Shown: piece by piece, positions 37,144 through 38,043 of the stretch
Layout of the letters: every line of letters begins with the position of its first letter
Position numbering within the stretch: position 1 is the stretch's first letter
Virus record (IMG/VR): IMGVR_UViG_2537561603_000006
Coordinates: 1-38,043 of that record
Strand: one strand, 5' to 3'
Length of the DNA stretch: 38,043 bases
DNA from: a virus
Lineage: Duplodnaviria; Heunggongvirae; Uroviricota; Caudoviricetes
Program-made: the position numbers and the translations under genes
Notes under the pieces: generated by a model
What the model was told of the DNA's origin: nothing
Database searches by the model: none
Seen by the model: the letters and a program-made list of their open reading frames with translations, nothing else

Positions 37144-38043
37144 ATGCGTTTTAACACCCCACTTCGCTATCCTGGCGGTAAAGGCAAGCTTGCAAATTTC
37201 ATGCTTCGGCTTATTGAAGAAAATAATCTTTCGCCTATACATTATGCCGAACCATATGCTGGGGGTGCTGGTTTAGCATTGAAACTGTTACATCTAAATG
37301 CAGCTGAAAAAATCATCCTTAATGATATTAATATTTCTGTTTATGCTTTTTGGCACAGTGTATTAAATCATGCAGATCAATTATGTTCTTTAATTGAAAG
37401 AACTGAAGTTACAATGGATGAATGGTTTAGGCAGAAAGATATAATTAATAATCCTAAAGACCATGATCTTTTAACAATTGGTTTCTCAACCTTTTTTCTC
37501 AATAGAACAAATCGTTCTGGAATATTAAAAGGTGGAGTAATTGGCGGTAAAAATCAAGAAGGGAAATGGAAGCTTGACGCTCGCTATAATAAGAGTGATT
37601 TGATTTCTCGAATCCATAAAATATCAGAAAATCGTCACAGAATAGATTTATATAACATGGATGCAATTGATTTCATTAAAAAAATAGTTATTCAATTGCC
37701 ACAAAACTCATTAACATATTTGGATCCACCTTATTACATAAAAGGTAAAGGTTTATATATCAACCATTATAATCATGATGATCATGTTAGGGTTGCAAAA
37801 GTCGTACAGAATAATATTAAAACACCTTGGATTGTTTCTTACGATAACACTCCTGAGATCCAAGCTATGTATAAGACATCATCATTAGTATATGGAATAA
37901 ACTACAGTGCCCAAGATCGGTACAAAGGATCTGAGGTAATGTTCTTCAGTGAACGATTGAAAATCTTTAAAACAGATGATCCAACTAAGGTAAAAGCGCC
38001 TGTATTTAAAAGAGGATGTGTTGACGACCACATCCAGACATAA
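37144..38043 (+). CDS. Dam-class (D12) N6-adenine DNA methyltransferase
   Basis: 299 aa; ...LRYPGGKGKL..., ...AEPYAGGAGLAL... (AdoMet-binding), ...LDPPYY... (catalytic DPPY); complete, stop at 38041-38043; AT-rich. Confidence 0.85.
   Translation: MRFNTPLRYPGGKGKLANFMLRLIEENNLSPIHYAEPYAGGAGLALKLLHLNAAEKIILNDINISVYAFWHSVLNHADQLCSLIERTEVTMDEWFRQKDIINNPKDHDLLTIGFSTFFLNRTNRSGILKGGVIGGKNQEGKWKLDARYNKSDLISRIHKISENRHRIDLYNMDAIDFIKKIVIQLPQNSLTYLDPPYYIKGKGLYINHYNHDDHVRVAKVVQNNIKTPWIVSYDNTPEIQAMYKTSSLVYGINYSAQDRYKGSEVMFFSERLKIFKTDDPTKVKAPVFKRGCVDDHIQT

Overview
The window is almost entirely one lambdoid prophage with a mosaic build, truncated at the left edge inside a tail-fibre gene. Reading right to left on the minus strand, the late operon runs Q antiterminator (23279-23638), three lambda-like lysis genes (holin, R-type endolysin, Rz/Rz1), an HNH endonuclease, P27-type small and large terminase, HK97-type portal, protease and capsid, then a Mu-like contractile tail (sheath, tube, frameshifted chaperone, tape measure, DNA-circulation protein, gp44-48 baseplate). 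The early region (23641-35272) holds a nin-like block (DUF968, KilA-N, RusA, a LexA DNA-binding-domain-only protein, phage Dam methylase), an O-like replication initiator with internal iterons, divergent cro/cI with operator repeats, a CPS-53 yfdPQRS-like block and xis-int. Four visibly AT-rich cargo loci interrupt this backbone and are the most interesting parts: (1) a plus-strand gene between Q and the late genes (22357-23241) encoding a membrane protein with a potassium-channel-like pore loop; (2) an OLD-family-like ATPase/Toprim nuclease plus a Dam-class methyltransferase just beyond int (35331-38043); (3) a ClpX zinc-finger-like mini-protein cassette in the rex position after cI (30310-30960); (4) a cluster of small membrane and soluble proteins between the lysis genes and HNH/terminase (17700-19350). 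All protein calls rest on reading the supplied translations against remembered family motifs; no database search was run, and no tRNA or CRISPR array was found.
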